DNA of 64,000 bases from Alphaproteobacteria bacterium (GTDB lineage: Bacteria; Pseudomonadota; Alphaproteobacteria; MPNO01). Under the pieces are notes generated by a model. It searched no databases, was not told where the DNA came from, and saw only the letters and a list, made by a program, of their open reading frames with translations. Below are positions 48,227 to 57,832 of the stretch, piece by piece. The stretch's first letter is position 1. Each line of letters opens with the position of its first letter. The position numbers were made by a program, and so were the translations under genes. The stretch covers positions 2,784,001-2,848,000 of the forward strand of contig OZ219866.1 in assembly GCA_964291675.2 (NCBI GenBank), in the 5' to 3' direction.

Positions 48227-49296
48227 CCGATCGCCTCCGCGAAGTTGAGCACCGCCTCCTCCACGTCGCGCGCCCCGTTCCAGCGGGCGGCGACCGCGGT
48301 ATGCGGCGTGATCACCACATTGCGGAAGGCGGTCAGCGGGTCGTTCGGCGCGGCCGGCTCCTCCCAGAACACGTCGAGCCCGGCGCCGCCGAGACGGCCG
48401 CTCTCCAACGCCTCGATCAGCGCGGCGCGGTCGACGATCTCCGCCCGCGAGACGTTGATCAGCACCGCGCCCGGCTTCATCCGGCGGAACGCAGCGGCAT
48501 CGATCATCCCGCGCGTCTCGCGGTTCGACGGGAGCTGGACCGAGATGTAGTCGGAGCGCTCCAGCAGCTCCTCGAAGCCGCAATAGCGCGCGCCGTGCGC
48601 CTCTTCGATGTCGGGCGGGAGCCGGCGGCGCTGGAAGTAGAGCACCTCCATGCCGAAGGCCGAGGCGCGCCTGGCGAGCTCGCGGCCGATCTCGCCCAGC
48701 CCGACGGCGCCGAGCACGGCACCTTCGAGCGTCCCCAGACCGCCGATGCGGCCCCAGTTGGAGCGCCCGCAATGCCGGCTGTCGTAGAGCCTCGGCGCAT
48801 AGCCGACGGCTTCCAGGCTGGCGGTGTCGATCCGCCCGCCGATCTCGCAGATCTTCTTGGCGAGCGCCAGCATCAGGGCAAAGACGTGCTCGGCGACGGC
48901 GCCGTTGACCCGCCGCCGGAGCGGTCTGACCGGAACCCCGCTTGCGGCGCAGGCCGCGAGGTCGATGTTGCGGAGGTCGGCGCCGAATTTCTGGACGATT
49001 TTGAGCCCGGGGGCGAGGGCGAGCTCCGCCGCGCCGAACGCCATGCCCTCGACGATCACGCCCTCGGCGCCCGCGAGCGCCGCGCGCAACGCCTCGATAT
49101 CGTCGGCCATGCGGAACTCGGCGGGGAATATCGACGCGGCCCGGGCGCGCAGATCGTCCCGCCAGGAGTGGAAGTCCGGCAGGTCGACCGAGAAATAGTC
49201 GGCGATCGCGTCCTGCCGGTCGGCCGGCGTGTCGGGGTCGAGCACGACCTGGATGTTGCGGATGATCGGATCGTTCTCGGCGACGATGACCGGCAC
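48223..49296 (-). CDS. D-isomer-specific 2-hydroxyacid dehydrogenase
   Basis: VAEH, GLGEIG, INVSR, LDVFWEEP, TPHTA. Confidence 0.85.
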   Translation of the reverse strand: MPVIVAENDPIIRNIQVVLDPDTPADRQDAIADYFSVDLPDFHSWRDDLRARAASIFPAEFRMADDIEALRAALAGAEGVIVEGMAFGAAELALAPGLKIVQKFGADLRNIDLAACAASGVPVRPLRRRVNGAVAEHVFALMLALAKKICEIGGRIDTASLEAVGYAPRLYDSRHCGRSNWGRIGGLGTLEGAVLGAVGLGEIGRELARRASAFGMEVLYFQRRRLPPDIEEAHGARYCGFEELLERSDYISVQLPSNRETRGMIDAAAFRRMKPGAVLINVSRAEIVDRAALIEALESGRLGGAGLDVFWEEPAAPNDPLTAFRNVVITPHTAVAARWNGARDVEEAVLNFAEAIG

Positions 49297-49320
49297 GGCG
49301 CTTCTCCGGTGGGCGCGGCG

Positions 49321-50799
49321 TCAGGCGGTCGCGGCCGAGGCGCCGGCGATGCGGCCGAAGACCGCGCCCGAGGTGAGCCCGCTGCCGCCCGGGTAGTTGA
49401 AATAGAAGATGCCGCCCACCAGCTCGCCCGCCGCGTAGAGCCCGGGGATCGGCTCGGATTCGGTGTCGAGCACCTGCCCGTCGGTGTCGATGCGCAAGCC
49501 CCCGAAGGTAAAGGTGATGCCGCAGGTCACCGCATAGGCCTCGAAGGGCGGCTCGTCGATGGTGTTGGCCCAGTTCGACTTGGGGACCGCCAGCCCCTCC
49601 GTGCAGCGCCCGTCCTTGACGTTGGGGTTGAACGGGATGTCGGTGCGGACGGCCGCGTTATAGGCGGCGATCTCGGCGAGGAAGGAATCGGCGTCCACCC
49701 CGTCGAGCTGCGGGGCGAGCTCTTCCAGCGTGTCGGCGCTCGCCTTGGTGACCTGGCGGATGTTGTATTCGTCGCGCTTGAGATGGGCGACCTTGGCATC
49801 GAAGATCTGCCAGGCGAACTGCCCCGGCTGCTCCAGGATCACCCTTCCGTACTTGGCATAGGTGTAGTTGCGGAAATCCGCACCCTCGTCGACGAAGCGC
49901 CTTCCCGTCGCGTTGACCATGGCGGCGAAGGGGTAGCTGTGCTTCTGGAACTGGTCGCCCACCGCGAGGTCGCCGAACTCGGGCGCGTTCCTCTCCCAGC
50001 CGACCGCGTGGCAGCCCGACCAGTTGCCGTAGGGCATGGCGCCGATGTCGAGCGCCATGCGGATCCCGTCGCCGGTGTTGAACCGCGTGCCGCGCACCTT
50101 GGCGAGCTCCCAGCCGGGGCCGAGATAGCGCGTGCGCCACTCGTAGTTGCCCTGGAAGCCGCCGGCGGCGAGCACCACGGATTTGGCGCGGATCTCCTCG
50201 ATCCGGCCCTTGGTCTTCACCTTCACGCCGCGCACCGTCACCCCGTCGAAGACCAGCTCGGTGGCGCGGTGGCCGTAGCGGATCTCGATGCCGCGCCCGG
50301 CCGCGATCTCGTGCAGCGAATCCACCAGCCCGGGACCGCCGCCCCAGGCCTCGACGGTGAGCCCGCCCCAGAACTTGAACTTGCCGTCCACCCTAAAAGC
50401 CTGGCGGCCCCAGATCGGCGCGAAGCGCACCCCCTTCTCGCGCATCCACAAGAGCGTGTCGCGCGACCGGGTGACCAGCAGCTCGACCATGTCGGGATCG
50501 GCGCGGTACTGGGTGACCCGCGCCATGTCGTCATAGAACTGGTCCTGGGTGTAGGTGCCGAAATCGGTGTTGGCGATCTCCTCGTTGGTGAGGTCGGGCA
50601 TCAGCGCCTTGAGGTCTTCGACCCCGTCATAGACCACCCGCATGGCGCCCGCGGTGAAGCGCGAGTTGCCGCCCGATTCGTCCTCGTTCGCGCGCTCCAG
50701 CACCAGCACGTTGGCGCCGTTCTCCTCCGCCGCCAGCGCCGCGCAGATCGCCGCGTTGCCGGCGCCGACCACGACGACATCGAACCCGGAATCGCTCAT
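49321..50799 (-). CDS. tcuA: FAD-dependent tricarballylate dehydrogenase TcuA-like
   Basis: VVGAGNAA, GGNSRFT, GTRFNTGDG, GITFTFGGL, NYPGGSGL. Confidence 0.75.
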   Translation of the reverse strand: MSDSGFDVVVVGAGNAAICAALAAEENGANVLVLERANEDESGGNSRFTAGAMRVVYDGVEDLKALMPDLTNEEIANTDFGTYTQDQFYDDMARVTQYRADPDMVELLVTRSRDTLLWMREKGVRFAPIWGRQAFRVDGKFKFWGGLTVEAWGGGPGLVDSLHEIAAGRGIEIRYGHRATELVFDGVTVRGVKVKTKGRIEEIRAKSVVLAAGGFQGNYEWRTRYLGPGWELAKVRGTRFNTGDGIRMALDIGAMPYGNWSGCHAVGWERNAPEFGDLAVGDQFQKHSYPFAAMVNATGRRFVDEGADFRNYTYAKYGRVILEQPGQFAWQIFDAKVAHLKRDEYNIRQVTKASADTLEELAPQLDGVDADSFLAEIAAYNAAVRTDIPFNPNVKDGRCTEGLAVPKSNWANTIDEPPFEAYAVTCGITFTFGGLRIDTDGQVLDTESEPIPGLYAAGELVGGIFYFNYPGGSGLTSGAVFGRIAGASAATA

Positions 50800-50883
50800 T
50801 CAACCGTCTCCAAAGGGGCGCGCGCCGGCCGGCCGCAGCCGCCGGCCGACGGCTTTCGGGGTGCCGAAGAGAGGCGCCCGGCG

Positions 50884-51954
50884 CTATTCGGCCGCCTGGG
50901 CGATTCCCGCCTGCTCGCGTTCGATCATCCGGTCGATGGCGATCCGGGCGAGCGCCAGCGCGCTGTCGGCGTTGATCGGCACCAGGCTGCGGTCGGGGTC
51001 GAGGTCGAGGCGCTCCTGCTGCGCCTCCATGATGGTCTTGTCCTCGATGAAGGTCGGGTAGATCTCGTCATACATGTCCTGGGTCGCCTGCGGCTCGTCC
51101 TGGCGGTAGCCGTTGGCGGTCGACCAGAAGTAGTGGAACGTGGTCTCGGTCTCCGGCGTCGCGCCGTGCAAGAGGCGCAAATGGAAGCCCTTCTGGTCGC
51201 GGTTCTCGCGCGCGCCGCGCCCCACGTCGAGACCGCCCGACCATTGCAGCACGATGCCGGGCGGCACGTATTCGAACTCCTGCCACCGGTCGATGCGCCC
51301 CTCGAACTGACCGCCCTTCTGATAGGTCGGCGGCGGCACGCAATCCGGCATCCAGCGGATGAAATAGGCGCCGTTCTCGGTCGGCCGGGTCTCCATGTCG
51401 GCGGTGACATGGGTGTTGGGGTCGCCGCCGATGGTCCGGTTGTGGACGTAGCCCAGATGCGTGAGGTCCATCAGGTTGTCGATCATCAGCATGTAGTTGG
51501 CCTTGATCTGGAACATCGCCTTGCGATGCGGCCATTTCCCGGGCTGGTCGTGATAGGGGTAGTCGACGATCAGGCTCTCGTCGGCGCGGGCGGGGTCGCC
51601 CATCCAGATCCAGACGATCTGGTTGCGCTCGACCACGGGATAGCTGACCACCCCGGCCTCCGGCGGGATCCGGTCCTGACCCGGGATGGTCACGCAGGCG
51701 CCGGTGGTGTCGTAGACCAGGCCGTGATAGCCGCATTGCAGGCCGGTCTCGATCACCGTGCCGTGGGTCAGCGGCGCGCCGCGATGGCAGCAGCGGTCCT
51801 CCAGCGCGCCCACCCTGCCGTCGGAATCGCGGAACAACACCAGCGGCTGGTTCATGATCGTGCGGCCCAGCATGCCGTCCGCGAGCTCCTCCGACCACGC
51901 GCCGATATACCAGGCGTTTCTCACGAAGGGCAGGTTGGTGGTGTCCGCAGCCAT
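50884..51954 (-). CDS. Rieske non-heme iron oxygenase (VanA-like O-demethylase family)
   Basis: RNAWY, CCHR...CGYHG, DNLMDLTHLGYVH, TPETE, EDK. Confidence 0.88.
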   Translation of the reverse strand: MAADTTNLPFVRNAWYIGAWSEELADGMLGRTIMNQPLVLFRDSDGRVGALEDRCCHRGAPLTHGTVIETGLQCGYHGLVYDTTGACVTIPGQDRIPPEAGVVSYPVVERNQIVWIWMGDPARADESLIVDYPYHDQPGKWPHRKAMFQIKANYMLMIDNLMDLTHLGYVHNRTIGGDPNTHVTADMETRPTENGAYFIRWMPDCVPPPTYQKGGQFEGRIDRWQEFEYVPPGIVLQWSGGLDVGRGARENRDQKGFHLRLLHGATPETETTFHYFWSTANGYRQDEPQATQDMYDEIYPTFIEDKTIMEAQQERLDLDPDRSLVPINADSALALARIAIDRMIEREQAGIAQAAE

Positions 51955-52062
51955 GACATCCGCTCCGCTTGACGATTTCTCCGAACGGGCCGGTCCCGGC
52001 CCTTGCGACGGAGACTAGCCCCGGGCCATGCTGATCGCAACCGGAGGACGCGGGGAGGGGGC

Positions 52063-53307
52063 ATGAACCGGACCGAAGCGAACGGGCTCGCTTTCGAGCG
52101 CCTCTCTGCGGCCGAGCCGGTGCTGGTCGACATCCGCCCGGCGATCGAGGTCCTGCCCCGGATGACGCCCGCCACCGTGCTCACCTCGGGCCCGCCGATG
52201 GCGTGGGAGCGCTATGTCGGCGGCCAGCGCGACGCGGTGATCGGCGGCGCCCTGTTCGAGGGGCTGGCATCCGATGCGGAGGACGCGGCGCGAAAGCTCG
52301 CGCAGGGCGAGATCGCGGTCGACGGCTGCCACGATTACGGCGCGGTGGGCTCGCTCGCCGGCATCTACACCGCCTCGATGCCGGTCTTCGTCGTCGAGAA
52401 CCGGCACGCGGGCATCAACGGCTTCTGCAACATGTACGAGGGGACCGACCCGAGGCGCCTCAACTACGGCGTCTACGACGAAGGCGTGCGGGAGCGTCTG
52501 CTGTTCGTCCAGGACGTGATCGCCCCCGTGCTCGCCGAGGCGGTGCGGGCGGCGGGCGGCATCCCGCTCAAGCCGATCATGCGGCGCGCGCTGCACATGG
52601 GGGACGAGCTGCACAGCCGCAACACCGCGGCCTCCCTCCTGTTCACCCGCGAGCTGTTCCTCCATCTCCTCGGCCTCGATCCCGCCCTGCGGGGCGCGGT
52701 CGAACGCACCGTGGCCGCGCTCACCGAGGACCACTACTTCTTCCTCCGCCTGTCGATGGCCGCCGCCAAGTGCACCGCCGACGCCGCCGCCGGGATCGAG
52801 GGTTCGAGCGTGGTGACCGCGATGGCGTTCAACTGCAACAACTTCGCCATCCGGGTGAGCGGTCTGGGCGATACCTGGTTCACCGGCCCGCACGCCTCGG
52901 TCGATGCGAGGCTGTTCGAGGGGCACACCGAGGACGAGATCGCCTGGATGGGCGGCGAGAGCACCATTGCCGAGACCATAGGCCTCGGCGGCTTCGCCCA
53001 GGCCGCCGCCTTCCCGTTGCAGGACTACCAGGGCGGCTCGGCGCCGGCGATGGTCGAGCGCAACCTCGCGCTCTACGCCATCACGGTGGGCGAGAACCCG
53101 GACTACCGGATTCCCTATCTCGGCTATCGCGGCACGCCCACCGGCATCGACATCCACCGCGTGGTCGAGACCGGCATCCTCCCGGTGATGGATATCGGCA
53201 TCGCCGGGCGCGACGGCGGGCAGATCGGCGCCGGCATCGTAAGCGCCCCCGTCGAATGCTTCGAAGCCGCGCTCGCGGCCTATCGGGCGCGCTACGGTGC
53301 GGCGTGA
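52063..53307 (+). CDS. DUF1116-family protein (YlbE/YahG, AllG-like)
   Basis: SGPPM, ALFEG, GSLAG, GDELHSRN, ETIGLGG, PTGID, GGQIGAG. Confidence 0.8.
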   Translation: MNRTEANGLAFERLSAAEPVLVDIRPAIEVLPRMTPATVLTSGPPMAWERYVGGQRDAVIGGALFEGLASDAEDAARKLAQGEIAVDGCHDYGAVGSLAGIYTASMPVFVVENRHAGINGFCNMYEGTDPRRLNYGVYDEGVRERLLFVQDVIAPVLAEAVRAAGGIPLKPIMRRALHMGDELHSRNTAASLLFTRELFLHLLGLDPALRGAVERTVAALTEDHYFFLRLSMAAAKCTADAAAGIEGSSVVTAMAFNCNNFAIRVSGLGDTWFTGPHASVDARLFEGHTEDEIAWMGGESTIAETIGLGGFAQAAAFPLQDYQGGSAPAMVERNLALYAITVGENPDYRIPYLGYRGTPTGIDIHRVVETGILPVMDIGIAGRDGGQIGAGIVSAPVECFEAALAAYRARYGAA

Positions 53308-53311
53308 AGGG

Positions 53312-53407
53312 TGGCGGAAAAGAGTGGGAGTCGAACCCACCAGGGACGTCTCACGCCCCTCACCGGTTTTGAAGACCGGGCGCGCCACCGGGCCGCGATT
53401 CTTTTCC
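53312..53407 (-). tRNA. selC: tRNA-Sec (anticodon UCA)
   Basis: Reverse strand shows 8-bp acceptor stem GGAAAAGA/TCTTTTCC, anticodon loop CTTCAAA, long variable arm, TTCGACT T-loop and GCCA end. Adjacent to selAB. Confidence 0.95.
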
Positions 53408-53477
53408 GTGGCGGGGAGAGTGCGGCCAAGCCGGCGATCCCGTCAACTGCGGATCGTCCTCACCGCGGGAGAACGCC

Positions 53478-54344
53478 ATGTCCAGTGTGCTGTACGAGCG
53501 GGATGGGCGGATCGCACGGATCACGCTCAACCGTCCCGAGGTGCTGAACGCCATCGACGACGAGATGCCGGGTGCTCTGTCCGATGCCGTCGCCCGCGCC
53601 GATGCCGATCCGGGCGTCCACGTCATGCTGCTCTCGGGCGCCGGGCGGGCGTTCTGCTCCGGCTACGATCTCAAGCGCTACGCGGGCGGGGAGAGTGGCG
53701 GCGATGGCGGCTATGCCGGGCAGGGGATGCCCTGGGACCCGATCCAGGACTACGCCTTCATGTGGGCGAACACGCAGCATTTCATGGCGCTCTGGCGGGC
53801 GCTCAAGCCGGTGGTCTGCAAGGTGCACGGCCTCGCGCTCGCCGGCGGCTCCGACATCGCGCTGTGCGCCGACCTGACCCTGATCGCCGAGGACGCCGAG
53901 ATCGGCTACATGCCGGCGCGGGTCTGGGGCTGCCCGACGACCGCCATGTGGGTCTACCGGCTGGGGCCGGAGAAGGCGAAGCGGCTGCTGTTCACCGGCG
54001 ACAGGATCGCGGGCTCCGAGGCGGCCGAGATGGGCCTGGTGCTGAAGGCCGTGCCCGCGGCGGCGCTCGACGACGAGGTGGAGGCGCTGGCCCGCCGCAT
54101 GGCGGGCGTGCCGGTCAACCAGCTCGCCATGCAGAAGCTGGTGATAAACCAGGCGATCGAGGCCACCGGCCTGATCGACACCCAGCGGCTCGCCACGATC
54201 TTCGACGGCATCGCCCGCCATTCGCCGGAAGGCCTGAACTTCACCAAGCGGGCGCAACAGGTCGGCTGGAAGCAGGCCGTGCGGGAACGCGACGCCGGGA
54301 CCTGGGACTGGACCCTGGACAGACCGATCGGGAGTCCGGATTGA
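53478..54344 (+). CDS. Crotonase/enoyl-CoA hydratase family protein
   Basis: ITLNRPEVLNAI, FCSGYDL, KPVVCKVHG..LAGG. Confidence 0.88.
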   Translation: MSSVLYERDGRIARITLNRPEVLNAIDDEMPGALSDAVARADADPGVHVMLLSGAGRAFCSGYDLKRYAGGESGGDGGYAGQGMPWDPIQDYAFMWANTQHFMALWRALKPVVCKVHGLALAGGSDIALCADLTLIAEDAEIGYMPARVWGCPTTAMWVYRLGPEKAKRLLFTGDRIAGSEAAEMGLVLKAVPAAALDDEVEALARRMAGVPVNQLAMQKLVINQAIEATGLIDTQRLATIFDGIARHSPEGLNFTKRAQQVGWKQAVRERDAGTWDWTLDRPIGSPD

Positions 54345-54383
54345 TCCGGCAATTCGTATCGACCCGACCGGACGCGGTGGACT

Positions 54384-56312
54384 TCAGGCTTCCGGCTCCG
54401 CACCCCCGCCGAACACTGCCGTCGACGGCCGCAGCACCTTGCGCTCGTTGCCGGAACGCCGGGTGAACCGCACCTTGTCGAAATATTCCAGCACCTCGAT
54501 GGCGAGGTTGCGGCCGATCCCCGCCTTGTCGCGGAACGAGGCCGCGGTGACGGTGCCGTCCGCCGAGCCTTCCGCCGCCGCCTCCAGGCTTGCCGCCAGG
54601 CTGCGCAGGGCGCCCGGCAGGTAGTAGCGGTTCCTGGTCGCGCCCACCACGAGGCCGAGCTTGGCGGCGCGGCCGAGGAAGGTTGCGATGCGCCGCGCAT
54701 CGAGCCCCGTCTGTTCGGCGATCTCGCTCACCAGCGGCGGGCGGGTGCCGCCGTCCTCCAGCAGGGCCTCGAGGTCGCGCCACAGTGTCTCGTCGGCGGC
54801 GGACATGCGCGGCCGGTGGTCCGGCAGGCGGACGCGCGCGCCTTCGCGGACCAGGACACCCTCGCGTTCGAGCTCCGGGATGGCGCGCTTCAGAAGGTCG
54901 ACCGGGATGCGCGGCTGCATCGCCGAGCGCAGATTGGCCTCGGTCGGGCCTACCGCGTCGTCGTGGCCCGCGTGCCAGCCAGCGAGCGCCTCGCCGACGC
55001 TCGCCTTCAGCCGCTCCCAGCGCGGCCCGGACAGCGCGAGATCGCCGAGCCGAACCATCCCCGCCGCCGCGAAGATTTCTTCGCGCGCGGCGTCGGTGAG
55101 GTTGCGGGCGCGCGCGAACTTCGTGAGATCGACGGCGTTCTCGGCGGCGTCGATGGCGGCCTGGAGCGCGGCCGAGGCATCGGGCTCCGCCACCGCCTTG
55201 AGATAGGCGAGCCGCGCCGGCCGTGCGCGCCCCCGCGCCGGCGGCAGGATGTCGACCACCGTCCCGCCGCCGATCGTGCGGGTCGCCGAGGTGTCGCGCA
55301 GCACGAAGCGGTCGCCGTGCATCGCGCCGATCGGCCGCTCGAGCACGAGCTGGGCAAGCCCCGACTCGCCCGGCGCCAGCGACCGGGCTTCGAGGAGGGC
55401 GAGCCTGCCGGTCACGTCCGAAGCCGCCAAATGGACGTGGACCGGCGTCCAGTGCGCCACCGGCCGGGTCTCGTCGGCGAGGATGCGCACGCTCGCGTCG
55501 ATGCGCCGGGCGGGCAGGTGGGCGCCTTCTTCCACCACCCAGTCGCCGCGCGCGACCCCGTCCTTGCCGAGCGACTGGCCGACGATGTTGAGTGCCAGAC
55601 GCTCGCCCGCCCGGCCGCGCTCCGACTTGCGGTCCTGGGCGTGGATGCCGCGGACCCGGACCGGGATTTGTCTCGGCGACAATATGGGCTGGTCGCCGAC
55701 CGCGACGGCGCCCGAGAATGCGGTGCCGGTGACCACCAGCCCGGCGCCCACCACCGTGAAGGCCCGGTCGACGGCGAGGCGGAAATGCCCGTCCGCCGCG
55801 CGCCGGCGAATGTCGCCCGACCTGGCCTCCAGATGCGCCTTCAGCGCCGCCACCCCGTCCCCCGCCACCGAGGAGACGGGGAAGCGGGGCGCTCCGGCAA
55901 GCCGGGTCTCGTCGAGATAGAGCTCCACCTCCTCGTCGACCTCGGCGATGCGATCGGGATCGACGCGGTCGGTCTTGGTGATCGCCACCGCGCCGTCGGC
56001 GACCCCGAGCAGCTCCAGGATCGCCAGATGCTCCCGCGTCTGCGGCATCACCCCGTCGTCTGCGGCGACGACGAGCAGCGCGAAATCGATTGCGGCCACG
56101 CCGCACAGCATGTTGCGGATGAAGCGCTCGTGCCCCGGCACGTCGACGAAGCCGAGCACCCCGCCGCCGGCCAGCGGCATGTAGGCGAAGCCGAGATCGA
56201 TCGTCAGATTGCGCTGCTTCTCCTCCGGCAGGCGGTCGGTGTCGATCCCGGTCAGCGCGCGCACCAGCGACGTCTTGCCGTGGTCGACATGTCCCGCCGT
56301 CGCGACGATCAT
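54384..56312 (-). CDS. selB: Selenocysteine-specific elongation factor
   Basis: [40 protein letters not shown]-terminal winged helix [13 protein letters not shown]. Confidence 0.95.
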   Translation of the reverse strand: MIVATAGHVDHGKTSLVRALTGIDTDRLPEEKQRNLTIDLGFAYMPLAGGGVLGFVDVPGHERFIRNMLCGVAAIDFALLVVAADDGVMPQTREHLAILELLGVADGAVAITKTDRVDPDRIAEVDEEVELYLDETRLAGAPRFPVSSVAGDGVAALKAHLEARSGDIRRRAADGHFRLAVDRAFTVVGAGLVVTGTAFSGAVAVGDQPILSPRQIPVRVRGIHAQDRKSERGRAGERLALNIVGQSLGKDGVARGDWVVEEGAHLPARRIDASVRILADETRPVAHWTPVHVHLAASDVTGRLALLEARSLAPGESGLAQLVLERPIGAMHGDRFVLRDTSATRTIGGGTVVDILPPARGRARPARLAYLKAVAEPDASAALQAAIDAAENAVDLTKFARARNLTDAAREEIFAAAGMVRLGDLALSGPRWERLKASVGEALAGWHAGHDDAVGPTEANLRSAMQPRIPVDLLKRAIPELEREGVLVREGARVRLPDHRPRMSAADETLWRDLEALLEDGGTRPPLVSEIAEQTGLDARRIATFLGRAAKLGLVVGATRNRYYLPGALRSLAASLEAAAEGSADGTVTAASFRDKAGIGRNLAIEVLEYFDKVRFTRRSGNERKVLRPSTAVFGGGAEPEA

Positions 56313-57736
56313 TTGCCGGGCGCATCCCCGATCGCGAGGCTGGCGAGCTGCGCGCAAAGGCCCTCGGCGTCTTCGAGGCAGCGCAGGTCGAGCAGCAACG
56401 CGCCGTCGGCGACGCGCCCGATCACCGGCACCGGAAGCGCGGCGAAGGAAGCGGCCAGCCGCTCGATGTCGCCGCCGCGTCCGGATTTGGGCCTGATCGC
56501 GATCGCCCGGCTCGGGATGCTGGCAATGGGGAGCGCGCCCGAGCCGATCTGGCTCAAACAGGGCAGGGTCTCGACCGAGAAGCCTTCGCCGACGCCCGCC
56601 CGGACCGCCGGGACGATGCCCTCGCACAGCGCGGCGACGGCCTCCTCGCTCCGGGTCAGGTGGCGCAGCGTCGGCAGGCGTTCGGCGATGCGATCCGGGT
56701 CGCGGTAGAGCGCGAGCGTGGCGGCGAGCGCCGCCATGGTCATCTTGTCCACTCTCAGCGCGCGTTTGAGGGGGTTGCGCCCGATCTCCGCGATCAGGTC
56801 GCGCCGGCCGACGATCAGCCCGGCCTGCGGGCCGCCGAGCAGCTTGTCGCCGCTGAAGGTGACGATGTCGGCGCCGGCCGCCAGGGTCTCGGCCACCGTG
56901 GTCTCGTGGGCGAGGCCGTAGCGTTCGAGCCGCAGCAGCGCGCCGCTGCCCAGGTCGACCGCGAAGGGCACGCCGCGCTCGGCGCAGAGCGCCGCGAGCG
57001 CCGGTTCCGGCGCCTCGGCGGTGAACCCCTGGATCGCGTAGTTGCTGGCATGCACCTTCATCACCAGCGCGGTGTCCTCGCCGATCGCCGCCTCGAAGTC
57101 GCCCAGATGGGTGCGGTTGGTGGTGCCGACCTCGCGCAGGATGCAGCCCGCCGCCGCCATCACGTCCGGCATGCGGAACGAGCCGCCGATCTCGACCAGC
57201 TCGCCGCGCGAGACCGGCACCTCGCGCCCCCTGGCGAGCGTCGACAGCACCAGCAGAACCGCGGCGGCGTTGTTGTTGACCGCCGTCGCCGCCTCGGCCC
57301 CGGTCAGCCGGCAGAGCAGCGCCTCGACATGGGAGTCCCGGTCGCCGCGCGCGGTCCGGCCGACATCGTATTCCAGCGTCGACGGCCCGCCCGCCGCCGC
57401 GGCCGCCGCCTCGATGGCCTCGGCTGCAAGGCTCGCGCGCCCGAGATTGGTATGCAGCACCGTTCCCGTCAGGTTGTAGACCGGCCGCAGCGAGGGCGCG
57501 GCTTCCGCCGCCGCCCGACCGGCGATGCGCGCGGCAAGCGCCGCCGGCTCGACCGTGCGCGCGACGGTCTCCGCCCCCGCCGCCAGGGCGCGTCTGACCT
57601 CGTCCAGAACCTCGCGTGCCGCTTCGACGACAACGGCGCGGCCGTGGCGTTCGGCCGCCTCGCGCAAGGGCGCCGAGTCGAGCAGCCGGTCGACCGACGG
57701 GATCGAGGACAGCAGCGCTGACGGGTCTTTCGGCAT
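56309..57736 (-). CDS. selA: L-seryl-tRNA(Sec) selenium transferase
   Basis: [49 protein letters not shown]. Confidence 0.95.
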   Translation of the reverse strand: MPKDPSALLSSIPSVDRLLDSAPLREAAERHGRAVVVEAAREVLDEVRRALAAGAETVARTVEPAALAARIAGRAAAEAAPSLRPVYNLTGTVLHTNLGRASLAAEAIEAAAAAAGGPSTLEYDVGRTARGDRDSHVEALLCRLTGAEAATAVNNNAAAVLLVLSTLARGREVPVSRGELVEIGGSFRMPDVMAAAGCILREVGTTNRTHLGDFEAAIGEDTALVMKVHASNYAIQGFTAEAPEPALAALCAERGVPFAVDLGSGALLRLERYGLAHETTVAETLAAGADIVTFSGDKLLGGPQAGLIVGRRDLIAEIGRNPLKRALRVDKMTMAALAATLALYRDPDRIAERLPTLRHLTRSEEAVAALCEGIVPAVRAGVGEGFSVETLPCLSQIGSGALPIASIPSRAIAIRPKSGRGGDIERLAASFAALPVPVIGRVADGALLLDLRCLEDAEGLCAQLASLAIGDAPGK

Positions 57737-57769
57737 GGCCGGCGACCTTAGCATGACGGGTAGTCCGCG

Positions 57770-57832
57770 CGCCGCCCTTCGCTACGCCGCTGCGCGGCTG
57801 ATCAGGGTGAGGGGCCGTATCGAGGCACGCCC
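57770..57832. repeat. Truncated REP-like element (family A)
   Basis: cccttcgctacgccgc...agggtgaggggccgtatcgaggcacgc resembles the 714 and 39202 elements. Confidence 0.55.

Noticed and set aside
53312-53340. selC 3' end as the integration site of an island
   Set aside because: I saw no duplicate of the tRNA 3' end, no integrase and no GC shift next to it.
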